Positions 48,988 through 59,231 of a stretch of 64,000 nucleotides of DNA are shown in pieces. Each line of letters begins with the position of its first letter. Positions within the stretch are counted from its first letter, which is position 1. Source of the stretch: an uncultured cyanobacterium (GTDB lineage: Bacteria > Cyanobacteriota > Cyanobacteriia > CAKZMO01); the NCBI GenBank assembly GCA_963719515.1, contig CAVRCJ010000015.1, positions 1-64,000 of the forward strand, given 5' to 3'. A program made the position numbers and the translations under genes. The notes under the pieces are model-generated. The model was given only the letters and a program-made list of their open reading frames with translations, was not told where the DNA came from and searched no databases.

Positions 48988-51900
48988 GTGTATATTAAGC
49001 GCGTTGAACTGTCCCATTTCAAATCATTCGGTGGCACGACGCAGATTCCGCTGCGCGATGGGTTTACCGTGATTTCTGGGCCCAACGGTTCTGGAAAGTC
49101 CAATATTTTGGATGCGCTGCTGTTTGCGCTGGGGCTATCGACTTCCAAGGGCATGCGGGCTGAAAAGCTGCCGGACTTGGTTAACCAAAGCCACAGCAGC
49201 CGCAGCCGCACCATGGAGGCCAGCGTCTCCGTCACCCTCGACCTAGGGGAAATGGACGAGCTAGACGCCGAACTAGAGATCGCTGATCATCCCGCAAACG
49301 GCGACAGCTCGACTGAGCCATATCCGGCGGCTCAGCCTACGGACGGCCTTCTTGCCGATAGCGCTATGGGGACGGCGTCTAATAGGTCTGATGATAATCG
49401 CGCTGATCACGGCGGCACTGATCACGGCGGCACTGATCACGGTGGCGCTAATGGTAGCGGTACCGCGATTGCCCCCAGCCGGGAGTGGACCGTCACCCGA
49501 AAGCTCAGGGTCACTGCCCAGGGCACCTACACCTCTACCTACTTCATCAATGGAGAGTCCTGCACTCTCAGCCAGCTCCATGAGCAAATGCAGCAGCTGA
49601 GGGTTTACCCGGAAGGCTACAACGTCGTGCTCCAGGGGGACGTCACCAGCATCATCTCCATGAACCCCAGGGAGCGCCGGGAGATTATTGATGAGCTGGC
49701 TGGGGTGGCGGCCTTCGACCGCAAAATTGGGCAGGCCAAAGAAAAGCTGGACGCCGTTCACGAGCGAGAAGAGCGCTTTCGCATCGTCGAGAAAGAGCTG
49801 ACCGCCCAGCGCGATCGCCTCGCCAAAGACCGCATCAAAGCCGAGAAGTATCAGCAGCTCCGCCAGGAGCTGCAAACCCGCAGCCGCTGGGAAGCCGTGC
49901 TGGTGTGGCGCGATCAGCAGCGGCGCATTGCCCAATGCGAAAAGGCGATCGCCACCGCTGAGAAAAAAATTCAGGACTTGAGAGAGCAGCAGCGGACGCT
50001 CAGAGATGACATTCAAACGAAAACCTTGGCGCTAGAGCAGCTCAGCGCCAAGGTAAAAGCCCTGGGGGAAGAAGAGCAGCTGGCCCTGCAGTCCAACCTG
50101 GCGACCCAAGAGGCGGAGCGCCGCCAGCTTCAGCGCCAAGAGCAGACTGAACAGCAGGCCGCTCAAGAGGCGGAGCGGCTGATGGAGCAAACCCGGCAGG
50201 AGATGCAGTCGCTGATTGAAACCCAGGCGGCCCTGCAGCAGGAGCAGCAGGACATCGCCCAGGGTCTAGCCGAGCTGGGGTCGCGGCGGGATCAGGCCCA
50301 GCGATCGCTAGAGCAGTATCGGCAGTCGGCCAACGCGGTGGCGGCGGCCTCGGAGTCTTGGGTGCAGCAGCAGACCGAGCTACGCCATCAGGTGGACGGC
50401 CTGCTGGCGACGGTGGACCCCCTGCGCACCGAGCAGGCCAGGCTGCAGGAGCGCATTAGCCAGCTCACCCAAACGATTGAAACCCAAACCACAGAGCTTC
50501 AAAAAGCTGAGCAGGAGCTGGCTCAGGCTCAGGCCCAGCGAGAGACCATCGGCACCCCTGACAGCGCCGTAGAGCGGGTGCAAACCCTGGCCGCTGCCCT
50601 CGCTACCACCCGTCAGGAGCTGCAGCTGCAGCAGGAGACCCAGGCGCGGCTGCTGCGGGAGCAGCGGGACAGCCAGCGCAAGCTAGACAAGCTAGAAGCC
50701 CAGGCCCAGGCGACCCAAGAGTCCCAGGGCACCTACGCCACTCAAATCTTGATCCAGACGGGGCTCCCCGGCGTCTGCGGCCTGGTGGCTCAGCTGGGGC
50801 AGGTGGACCCCCAGTATCAGCTGGCCCTAGAAATTAGCGCCGGAGGACGACTGGGACACCTGGTGGTAGAAGACGACGGCGTAGCCGCGGCGGGCATCCG
50901 CATCCTGAAAGAGCAGCGGGGCGGGCGGGCGACTTTTCTGCCCCTCAACAAAATTCGTGCGCCTCGCCTCACCGCTATTTCTAAGTGGAAGAGCCCCGCT
51001 GGCTTTATTGACTACGCCGTCAATCTGGTCGCCTGCGACGATCGCTACCGGGACATTTTCGGCTATGTGTTCGGCAATACCCTGGTGTTCGAAACCCTCA
51101 GCGACGCCCGCCAGAACATCGGCGAATATCGCATGGTGACCCTAGAAGGAGAGCTGCTAGAAGCCAGCGGCGCAATGACCGGCGGCTCTCTAGGTCGGCG
51201 GCAGGGGGCGCTGCACTTCGGCACGGCGGAGGCGGGGGAGTCGGCGGAGGCCCGGACGCTGCGGCAGCGGCTCTCAGACATCGAGCGGGTTTTAGACCGC
51301 TGCGAGGGGGCGATCGCCCAGCTGACGGTGCAGAGCCAGACCCAGGCCGATGAGCTGACCCAGGCGCGGGAGGCCCAGCGAGAAATCCAGGTGAACGCCA
51401 CTCAAGTAGAGCAGCGGGTCAGCGCCCTGACCCAACAGCAGCAGTCTCAGCGGCAGCAGCTCGCGCAAAACCGCCAAGAGCTGGAGACGGCCCAGGGGCG
51501 GCTGCAAACGGTGCAGGCGCAGCTCCCCGCCCAAGAAACCCAGCTGCAGCAGCTGCGGCAGACCCTCAGCGAGCTAGAGGCCTCCCAAACCCACAGCGAG
51601 TGGCAGCAGGCCCAGCAGCACATTCAGCAGCAGGAAAAAGTACTCAACGAGCGCCGTCTGGCCCTGCGCACCGCCGAAAACCGCGCCCAGGACCTCAACG
51701 CCCAGCAGCAGCGCCTTCAGGAGCGCTCAGAGAACGGCGATCGCCGCCTGCAGGACCACAAGCAGCAGCAGCGACAAGCGCTGTCGCAGCAGGCGCAACT
51801 GCAGCGGCAGCGGGAAGCGCTAGACCGTCAAATTTCCCAGCTGCAAAAGGCGATCGCCCAGCTTGAGAAGACCCTAGCCGCCGAAAAGCAAACCCGCGAT

Positions 51901-52734
51901 CGCGTAGAGCGCCAGCTCAAAGAGCAGCAAAGCACCCGGCAAACCCTAGACTGGCAGGTGGAAAAGCTGCAGCAAGAGCGGCAGGCCGCCGTCGCCACCT
52001 TGGCAGAACTGCAGCAGCAGCTCGAAGAGCAGGCCGACGAACTGCCCGATCCCGTGCCCGAGCTGCCCGCCGACCTTACCTTGACCCAGCTGCAGCAGGA
52101 GCTGCGATCGCTGCAAAAGCGCATCCAGGCCATGGAGCCGGTGAACATGATGGCGCTAGAGGAGCATAAGCGCACTCAAGAGCGGCTAGAAGACCTGAGC
52201 GAAAAGCTCTCTACCCTGGCGGAAGAGCGATCGGAGCTGCTGCTGCGCATTGAGAACTTCACCACCCTACGGCAGCGGGCCTTTAAAGAGGCCTTCGACG
52301 CCGTCAACGCCAACTTCCAGGTAATCTTCGCCGAGCTGTCCGACGGTGACGGCTATCTGCAGCTCGACAACCCCAGCGATCCCTTTAGCGGCGGGTTGAC
52401 CCTGGTTGCTCACCCCAAAGGCAAGCCCGTGCGCCGTCTGGCCTCCATGTCGGGGGGCGAAAAATCCTTGACGGCCCTCAGCTTTATCTTCGCCCTGCAG
52501 CGCTATCGCCCCTCGCCGTTCTACGCCTTTGACGAGGTGGATATGTTCCTAGACGGGGCAAACGTAGAGCGGCTGGCCAAAATGATCAAACATCAGTCGC
52601 AGTACGCCCAGTTTGTGGTGGTTAGCCTGCGGCGGCCCATGATTGAATCTGCCGAGCGCACTATCGGCGTCACCCAAGCGAGAGGAGCCTATACCCAGGT
52701 GCTGGGCATCAATCTGCAGTCTCAGCGAGCCTAA
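48988..52734 (+). CDS. smc: Chromosome segregation protein SMC
   Basis: GPNGSGKSN, coiled coils, hinge GRATFLPLN, MSGGEKS, FDEVD. Confidence 0.98.
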   Translation: MYIKRVELSHFKSFGGTTQIPLRDGFTVISGPNGSGKSNILDALLFALGLSTSKGMRAEKLPDLVNQSHSSRSRTMEASVSVTLDLGEMDELDAELEIADHPANGDSSTEPYPAAQPTDGLLADSAMGTASNRSDDNRADHGGTDHGGTDHGGANGSGTAIAPSREWTVTRKLRVTAQGTYTSTYFINGESCTLSQLHEQMQQLRVYPEGYNVVLQGDVTSIISMNPRERREIIDELAGVAAFDRKIGQAKEKLDAVHEREERFRIVEKELTAQRDRLAKDRIKAEKYQQLRQELQTRSRWEAVLVWRDQQRRIAQCEKAIATAEKKIQDLREQQRTLRDDIQTKTLALEQLSAKVKALGEEEQLALQSNLATQEAERRQLQRQEQTEQQAAQEAERLMEQTRQEMQSLIETQAALQQEQQDIAQGLAELGSRRDQAQRSLEQYRQSANAVAAASESWVQQQTELRHQVDGLLATVDPLRTEQARLQERISQLTQTIETQTTELQKAEQELAQAQAQRETIGTPDSAVERVQTLAAALATTRQELQLQQETQARLLREQRDSQRKLDKLEAQAQATQESQGTYATQILIQTGLPGVCGLVAQLGQVDPQYQLALEISAGGRLGHLVVEDDGVAAAGIRILKEQRGGRATFLPLNKIRAPRLTAISKWKSPAGFIDYAVNLVACDDRYRDIFGYVFGNTLVFETLSDARQNIGEYRMVTLEGELLEASGAMTGGSLGRRQGALHFGTAEAGESAEARTLRQRLSDIERVLDRCEGAIAQLTVQSQTQADELTQAREAQREIQVNATQVEQRVSALTQQQQSQRQQLAQNRQELETAQGRLQTVQAQLPAQETQLQQLRQTLSELEASQTHSEWQQAQQHIQQQEKVLNERRLALRTAENRAQDLNAQQQRLQERSENGDRRLQDHKQQQRQALSQQAQLQRQREALDRQISQLQKAIAQLEKTLAAEKQTRDRVERQLKEQQSTRQTLDWQVEKLQQERQAAVATLAELQQQLEEQADELPDPVPELPADLTLTQLQQELRSLQKRIQAMEPVNMMALEEHKRTQERLEDLSEKLSTLAEERSELLLRIENFTTLRQRAFKEAFDAVNANFQVIFAELSDGDGYLQLDNPSDPFSGGLTLVAHPKGKPVRRLASMSGGEKSLTALSFIFALQRYRPSPFYAFDEVDMFLDGANVERLAKMIKHQSQYAQFVVVSLRRPMIESAERTIGVTQARGAYTQVLGINLQSQRA
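49403..49447 (+). repeat. 15-bp coding tandem repeat x3 (DHGG[T/A])
   Basis: CTGATCACGGCGGCA x2 plus CTGATCACGGTGGCG. Confidence 0.85.
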
Positions 52735-53014
52735 TGGACAGGCGATCGCTCAGGCCGTAGCCCGATAGCAGCAGCAGGGACAGCCCAAGGTTCGGCACTC
52801 CCCACTGCGCATATCGGGAAAGATTTGTCTTAATATTAGTACCTACGCCGAGATGGCATCGCAACAATGGCACCTTAATACTTGTACATATACTTGTATA
52901 TTGATAACTACCGCTGCTCGGTAGGCAACAAATAGCTGCGGGCAGACCCCGTGATTGCATCTCGCGATGTGTGTCCATCGCCCCGCTCGATCTTCAAAGA
53001 TCAGGATCTAAAAC

Positions 53015-53995
53015 ATGACAGTTGAACAATCAATACAGCGCTCTGAGATACTTGGCACCCAGGTCATTACCCGCGATAACGGTAAGCGACTGGGTATTAT
53101 CAGCCAACTTTGGGTGGATATTGACCGGCGCGAGGTCGTAGCGCTAGGGGTGCGCGAAAGCGTCATAGCTGGGGTGCTGTCTAGCACGCAGCAGACCATG
53201 CTGCTCAGCGATATCCGCCAGGTCGGAGACGTAATTTTGGTTGACGACGACACTGTTTTAGACCAAGACATTGACGTTGAGGCCTACAGCAACCTGATCA
53301 ACTGCGAGGTGATCACCGAGACGGGAGAGATGCTCGGCAAGGTGCGCGGGTTTAAGTTCAACGCCGAAGATGGCCGCGTCACATCACTTTTGATTGCGTC
53401 TTTGGGCATTCCCCAAATTCCTGACCAAGTCATTAGCACCTACGATCTGCCCCTGGAAGAGGTGGTCAGCAGCGGCCCCGATCGCCTGATTGTGTTCGAG
53501 GGGGCTGAGGAAAAAATGGTGCAGGTGACGGTTGGCGTCCTAGAGCGCCTCGGCATCGGCACCCCCCCTTGGGACCGCCGCAACGATGACTACTACGTGA
53601 TGCCCACCTCCCCCGCCAATCAGCTCGGCACCGGAACTACTACCGCAGCAGAAGCAGAAGTTCAGGCTGAAGCTGCAGCGGCCAGTGAGACCTGGGATGA
53701 GGACAACTGGAACGAAGCTCCCCCTGTGGCTGAGCCGCTGCCGGAGCCTGTGGCTCAGCCGCAGGCGTATCAGGAGAGCAACTGGGGAGAGGTGCCTGAG
53801 GCGGACTACGTTGAAGAGGCTCCCTACGAAGAGTACACCCAGCCTGAGCCTGAACCTGAAACCCAGTATGAGGACTACGAAGTCACTGGGGATGCCTGGG
53901 CAGGCGACGAAAATCCTCAGCCTTACCAGCCGCAGAAGCTAAACATTCCTGAGAAGAAGCGGGTGGTGGAGTATGAGGAAGAGCCAGATTATTAA
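53015..53995 (+). CDS. PRC-barrel domain protein
   Basis: GTQVITRDNGKRLG, IRQVGDVILV, EVITETGEMLGKV; acidic tail. Confidence 0.88.
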   Translation: MTVEQSIQRSEILGTQVITRDNGKRLGIISQLWVDIDRREVVALGVRESVIAGVLSSTQQTMLLSDIRQVGDVILVDDDTVLDQDIDVEAYSNLINCEVITETGEMLGKVRGFKFNAEDGRVTSLLIASLGIPQIPDQVISTYDLPLEEVVSSGPDRLIVFEGAEEKMVQVTVGVLERLGIGTPPWDRRNDDYYVMPTSPANQLGTGTTTAAEAEVQAEAAAASETWDEDNWNEAPPVAEPLPEPVAQPQAYQESNWGEVPEADYVEEAPYEEYTQPEPEPETQYEDYEVTGDAWAGDENPQPYQPQKLNIPEKKRVVEYEEEPDY

Positions 53996-53998
53996 ACC

Positions 53999-54457
53999 AT
54001 GACCCTTAAAGACAAAATCAGCGAAGACATCAAAACGGCGATGAAGGCGAAGGATAAACTTCGTCTGGAAACCGTGCGCGGCATCAAGAAAGTGCTGCTT
54101 GAAAAAGAGTCCGATATGCGGGGGGAAGGCCGAGAGTCCCTCTCCGAGTCGGAGGAGTTTGACGTGCTGGTGCAGCAGGCTAAGCAGCGCCGCGACTCCA
54201 TTGAGCAATACCGGCAGGCGGGGCGGGATGACCTAGCGGACAAGGAAGCCTCGGAACTCACCATCATTGAGACCTATCTGCCGCAGCAGCTGACGGAGGA
54301 CGAGCTGAGCACCATCGTGGACAGCGTCATTGCTAAAACGGGAGCGTCGTCGCCGAAGGACATGGGTAAGGTGATGGGGCCGGTGATGCAGCAGACCAAG
54401 GGGCGGGCTGACGGTAAGGCGGTGCAGACCATGGTGAAGGCGAAGCTGAGCGCTTAG
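53999..54457 (+). CDS. GatB/YqeY domain protein
   Basis: KTAMKAKD, KQRRDSIEQY, YLPQQL, DMGKVMG, GRADG. Confidence 0.93.
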   Translation: MTLKDKISEDIKTAMKAKDKLRLETVRGIKKVLLEKESDMRGEGRESLSESEEFDVLVQQAKQRRDSIEQYRQAGRDDLADKEASELTIIETYLPQQLTEDELSTIVDSVIAKTGASSPKDMGKVMGPVMQQTKGRADGKAVQTMVKAKLSA

Positions 54458-54470
54458 GTTTAGCGCTCAG

Positions 54471-54675
54471 GGATCCCCCCTGCCCCCTCGTAAAGACTAC
54501 GGTGTACACACAAGTCGGTCTAACCCCCTCAAACTCCCCCTTGCCAAGGGGGAGGACCGTGACTTCCACCCTTGGCAAGGGGGGATTGAGGGGGGTAAGG
54601 CAGCGTTTACGACTCACAGCCAAGATGTGTGTACACGGCAGCCTTATAAAGGGGGGTGCCGGAGGCGGGGGAATC
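54471..54675. mobile_element. Nested MITE/palindromic repeat complex
   Basis: Imperfect TIRs GACTACGGTGTACACACA / TGTGTGTACACGGCAGCC (54495-54643) inside a C/G-tract palindrome. Confidence 0.7.
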
Positions 54676-54734
54676 TCAAGCTGCACATTAAATTATTCAT
54701 TGGCATAGAGTCTACGGTTAAGGTAACGCTCCCC

Positions 54735-56387
54735 ATGAAACGTTTTACAGCGCTATTTCAAGCCGTAGACGCCACCACCTCCACCAACGCTAAAGTTGCG
54801 GCTCTAGAGCAATACTTTCGCGACGAGACGCCCCGTAACGCCATCTGGGCGCTCTACCTGCTGTTGGGCAAAACCCGCAAGCGCCTGGTGACTTCCCGAG
54901 TGCTGCGGGAAGTGTTTTTGCAGGTGTCTGATCTGCCCGAGTGGCTGTTCAAAGACTGCTATGCCCATGTGGGAGACTCCGCGGAGGCGATCGCCCTCCT
55001 GCTGCCCAGCGCGGAGCTAGAAGCTCAAGATCGCCTCGACCTGCCCCTGTACGAGTGGATGGAGCAGGTGATTCCCGCGGTGAAGGCGGCGGAGACCGAC
55101 GAGGAGGTAAAGCAGCTAATTGTCACCTGGTGGTCGTCCCTAAAAGGCTTTGAGGTGTTTGTGCTCAACAAGGTGCTCACCGGGGCGTTTCGGGTGGGGG
55201 CCTCCAGCAAGCTGGTGGTGCGCGCCCTCTCCAAAGCCTACGACCTGCCCGAGCCGGTGGTCACCCATCGGCTGATGGGCGATATCGAAACCACCGAAGA
55301 CTTCTTTGCGCAGCTGGTGAGCCAGTCCGCTACCGAAACCGCCCCCAGCCAGCCCTACCCTTTCTTTTTGGCCTCCCCCATCGACGAGGAAAAGTTCGCT
55401 ACAGAAGATTTCTCCCGCTGGCGGGCAGAGTGGAAGTGGGATGGCATCCGGGCGCAGATCATTTCCCGTGCGGGCGAGGTGTTTATCTGGTCGCGGGGGG
55501 AGGACTTGGTGACCCACCAGTTCCCGGAGCTGGCGGAGGACTTTGCCCAGCTGCCCAACGGCACCGTCGTGGATGGAGAGATTCTGTGCTGGAAGGACGG
55601 CGGCGCTGGTGACGGCTCTGGCCCGATGAATTTTAACGCCCTGCAAAAGCGACTGGGCCGCAAGCGGGTGTCGAAAAAGGCGATGGCGGAGAACCCGGTG
55701 CGGTTTATGGCCTATGACCTGTTGGAGCACGAGGGAATAGATATTCGGGAGCAGGCGCTGGGCGATCGCCAGCGCCTACTGTCCCAGATGCTTTCAGAGA
55801 CGCCTTTGCAGCGGGCCATGGTGTCTGAGGTGGTGGCCTTTGAGACGGTGGCGGAGCTGGGGCAGCTGCGGCAGCGATCGCACCAGGAGGGGGCCGAAGG
55901 GCTGATGATCAAGGCGCTGGATAGCCCCTATTTGGTGGGGCGCAAGCGGGGCTACTGGTGGAAGTATAAAGTGGAGCCCATGACCCTAGACGCGGTGCTG
56001 ATCTACGCCCAGGCGGGCACCGGCAAGCGGGCTAACCTATTTACGGACTATACGTTCGCGCTGTGGCAAGAGGGGGAGCTGGTCACCTTCACCAAGGCCT
56101 ACTCGGGGCTCGATAACAAAGAGATCGATAAGCTGGACCGCTGGATTCGTCGCCACACCACCGAGCGGTTCGGGCCGGTGCGCAGCGTGACGCCGACCCA
56201 CGTATTTGAAATCGGCTTTGAGGGCATCGCCAAGTCGAGCCGCCACAAGTCGGGGATTTCGGTGCGGTTTCCCCGCATCCTGCGCTGGCGACATGATAAA
56301 CCCGTTGAGGAAGCGGATACGCTGGCGGGGGCGATCGCGCTGCTGGAGGACTATACGACCCGTGGGGGGAAGCCCAGCGACGGGTGA
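54735..56387 (+). CDS. ATP-dependent DNA ligase
   Basis: PYPFFLASP, EWKWDGIRAQ, DGEI, EGLMIK, WWKYK, RFPRILRWR; upstream 54627 start lies in the MITE. Confidence 0.93.
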   Translation: MKRFTALFQAVDATTSTNAKVAALEQYFRDETPRNAIWALYLLLGKTRKRLVTSRVLREVFLQVSDLPEWLFKDCYAHVGDSAEAIALLLPSAELEAQDRLDLPLYEWMEQVIPAVKAAETDEEVKQLIVTWWSSLKGFEVFVLNKVLTGAFRVGASSKLVVRALSKAYDLPEPVVTHRLMGDIETTEDFFAQLVSQSATETAPSQPYPFFLASPIDEEKFATEDFSRWRAEWKWDGIRAQIISRAGEVFIWSRGEDLVTHQFPELAEDFAQLPNGTVVDGEILCWKDGGAGDGSGPMNFNALQKRLGRKRVSKKAMAENPVRFMAYDLLEHEGIDIREQALGDRQRLLSQMLSETPLQRAMVSEVVAFETVAELGQLRQRSHQEGAEGLMIKALDSPYLVGRKRGYWWKYKVEPMTLDAVLIYAQAGTGKRANLFTDYTFALWQEGELVTFTKAYSGLDNKEIDKLDRWIRRHTTERFGPVRSVTPTHVFEIGFEGIAKSSRHKSGISVRFPRILRWRHDKPVEEADTLAGAIALLEDYTTRGGKPSDG

Positions 56388-56406
56388 GGTCGCTGGGCGC
56401 GACGAG

Positions 56407-56670
56407 TTAGTTGGGGGGTGCTTCGCTGCTCCTACGGTTGGGGATTCTCTTGGCTAAGATGCGCATGATTTCGTGGGGGTGACCGGTGGGTACCGCCTTG
56501 GTCCAGTCGTTGGGCTCTGCGTAGCCGAGGCTGTGCATGGAGGCGATGTGGTTTTGCACGGCGTGGGGGTGGCCGATGGCGATGATGCGCAGGGTGTGGT
56601 GGCCTGGATTTTCGGCAGGGGGTTCCCCGTCGGGCCAGGGAAAGTTGGCCCGATAGACGTGGGTTGACAT
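56407..56670 (-). CDS. Small conserved cyanobacterial hypothetical protein
   Basis: AAGGAG RBS; IGHPHAV...MHSLGYAEPNDWT pattern. Confidence 0.7.
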   Translation of the reverse strand: MSTHVYRANFPWPDGEPPAENPGHHTLRIIAIGHPHAVQNHIASMHSLGYAEPNDWTKAVPTGHPHEIMRILAKRIPNRRSSEAPPN

Positions 56671-57044
56671 GGGTTTGATCTCCTTGGTTGGGTTGAGGGG
56701 CGCTCAAACCCAAGCCACCCCGCTCGCTGGTGCCCGTTAAGGCAGGACAAAGAGGGGTGGCTTTCCAAGGAGATGTACAAAGGTCGTACACTTTTGGTTA
56801 GCCTCCGTTCTTGCTCTGACCAAGTTCGCGAGGTTAGCCCGTCTGCCGTGTTGCTAGCGCGGCTTACGGGCGCTTGAAGTTTGAACGCTGTGCAGGAGTG
56901 TACAGGATTGGGGGGCGGTGGTCAAGGATTGGGTTGGGGCGATCGCATGGGTGAGTTGGGAGATTGGGGGGGCGATCGGTTGTAGTGTCCCCTCTGGTGC
57001 AAGGGTTAAATAGGGAACCCAGGAACTTATCAGCTGTAGTATAG

Positions 57045-57317
57045 ATGAAACCGTTTCGCTGGAACGCAGACAAGAATCGTCAGCTCCAGATGGAGCGGGG
57101 AGTAAGTTTTGAGCGGGCGCTACAGGCCATTGCAGGTGACCGACTTCTAGCCATCATCCAGCATCCCAATCAGGAGAAGTACCCAACGCAGCGGATCTTT
57201 ATCATTGAGATCAATCAGTATGTTTACTTGGTGCCATTCATCGAGAATGATGAAGAGATATTTCTCAAGACCGTGATTCCTAGTCGCAAAATGACAAAGC
57301 AGTATTTGGGAGAATAG
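57045..57317 (+). CDS. BrnT-like (DUF497) toxin
   Basis: FRWNADKN, RGVSFE, HPNQEKYPTQ, YLVPF, IFLKTVIPSRK. Confidence 0.85.
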   Translation: MKPFRWNADKNRQLQMERGVSFERALQAIAGDRLLAIIQHPNQEKYPTQRIFIIEINQYVYLVPFIENDEEIFLKTVIPSRKMTKQYLGE

Positions 57318-57321
57318 CCGT

Positions 57322-57585
57322 ATGGTTTCTTTGAATGCCGAAGAACAGTCTATTTTGGAGTCGGTTGAGCTAGGTGAATGGCAATCTGTGCCAAACATTG
57401 CTCAGGAAATTGAGCGGTATCAGCGCTATGCTCGGGCGCAGGCGGCGGTGCAAGCTGTGAGCTTGGAGTTGTCGACGAGAGACCTGCAGGTTCTACAAGA
57501 CGTAGCGCAGCAGTCTGGAATTTCAGTATCGCTGTTGATGGCGACGGTGCTGCATCAGTTTGTGGTGAGCCGGGAAGAGGCATGA
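57322..57585 (+). CDS. Cognate antitoxin with C-terminal RHH-like region
   Basis: EEQSILESVELGEW; 4 nt after the toxin stop. Confidence 0.8.
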   Translation: MVSLNAEEQSILESVELGEWQSVPNIAQEIERYQRYARAQAAVQAVSLELSTRDLQVLQDVAQQSGISVSLLMATVLHQFVVSREEA

Positions 57586-57639
57586 AGCTCTAATGCTTCG
57601 ATTTGTTTTCGCGGTGAAAATCCTTAAGCCGTAAAGGTT

Positions 57640-58290
57640 TTATCGGGTTGCAGAACTTTGATGAACATCTAATTTGTTTAAAGTGCTACCGTGATCGCAG
57701 CTGACATTTGCCGCATGGCCTATGATTAGCTTCCGCCTGCTCGAGAGTATCATAGCAAATGACCGAATCCATTTCCTTTGGTCTAGCCCTTTCAGGATAG
57801 TACTTGCAGTCACGATTAAAGTGATAGACTGAATTCTTCTTCCAAGCCCTGAATTTTCCGCCCTCAATTTTAATACTTTCATCCGGAATAGATTCTATGA
57901 GAATCTGAGTTTTATTTAAAGCTTTCAGCTTTGTATTTTTTTGTACTTCTTTTGCAAGATTCGGCCAAAATCTTCTTTTTTGATGTAAATTCTGAAGTTT
58001 GGTGAGGCAATAATGGAATTATCCACTCTAAAACCTCGCCAACATATAAAAAGCTTAACTTAGGTTTTTTCAGCTTCTCTCAAGAAAGTGTTAAAAAACG
58101 AGTTTGCCGTGACCCAAAGAATAGTATCTATACCAGTGTTCCGCTCTAGTAGATCACCAGTAATTCTATCGATGTTGTCATATCGGCGATCGCTTGCTCT
58201 ATTAAGAAAACTGAACTTCTTCTTAAAAGTCTCTAGCTCTGGATAGGAGTTTCCTTCCTTTTCTTTTTCCACCCTACGTATTGCTGCTTC
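57640..58290 (-). pseudogene. AT-rich fragmented gene of unknown function
   Basis: Short minus-strand ORFs (57640-57882, 58060-58272) within visibly AT-rich DNA. Confidence 0.35.
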
Positions 58291-58564
58291 TTAGCAATTC
58301 ATCGGGCCCCTGCCGCGCCTACGACCCTGCTGAAAGCTATAAAGCTGTGTTCGCCAGCGCCGCCTAAGCCGCCGCTCAGACCTGGCTGCTAGAAGATGAA
58401 TACGAATCTATCGAAGGATAGCTTTCCTCTCTCAGGTAGTGAGCGCCGCAAATGGTTGAGCACATTTGGCTTGAAAGGGCGATCGCAATACACAACAAAC
58501 CGTAAAGGTGGGGAAACTAAGACGACTATCCGCAGCGCTGCGATCGCCAGAGAGTACGCTCAAT

Positions 58565-59143
58565 TCAATCTTGAACCCATAGCCAAGCCAAATCAAGCTC
58601 AAAACCGGGCAACACCAACTCCCCCGAAAGGCTCCCCGGACGCTCCAACACCTCCACCCCTTCCGGCCCATGCACCTCCACCTGCCCATCTGCCGGATTG
58701 AGCAACCATCCTAGCTGAATACCCGCTCGAACATACTCCTGCATCTTCTCCTGCAGCGGTTTAAGCGCATCCGTAGAAGAGCGTAGCTCCAGCACAAAAT
58801 CAGGGCACAGCGGCGGAAACTTTTGGCGCTGCTTGAGCGTAAGGGCCAGCCAGCGCGATCGCTCCACCCAGGACACATCTAGGGAGCGGCTGCTGCCGAT
58901 TGGAAGCCGAAAGCAGGTGGACGAGTCAAACACAAACCCAAGCTGAGCCCTGCGGTTCCAAATCACAAAATCAGCCGCAATTTCGACGTTTTGCTTCCCC
59001 GTCTCTCCCCCCGTAGGTGACATAACAACAATCTCACCTCGCAAATTGCGCTCAAACTTCACCTCAGGGTTAGCCCTGCAAAGTCTGAAGAACTGATCGT
59101 CATCTAAACGAATAACGGGGCTTAGATCAATCGTGACGCTCAC
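58565..59143 (-). CDS. Uma2 family endonuclease
   Basis: MSPTGGETG, FDSSTCF, PLCPDFVLELRS, LGWLLNP. Confidence 0.92.
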   Translation of the reverse strand: MSVTIDLSPVIRLDDDQFFRLCRANPEVKFERNLRGEIVVMSPTGGETGKQNVEIAADFVIWNRRAQLGFVFDSSTCFRLPIGSSRSLDVSWVERSRWLALTLKQRQKFPPLCPDFVLELRSSTDALKPLQEKMQEYVRAGIQLGWLLNPADGQVEVHGPEGVEVLERPGSLSGELVLPGFELDLAWLWVQD

Positions 59144-59231
59144 GGCAGCGGCTCCTAACGTCTCCTTACCCTCATTGTGACTGCGGCGAGTGCGCTACAG
59201 CAACCACAAGTCCGAGAACCGTTGACAGCTG

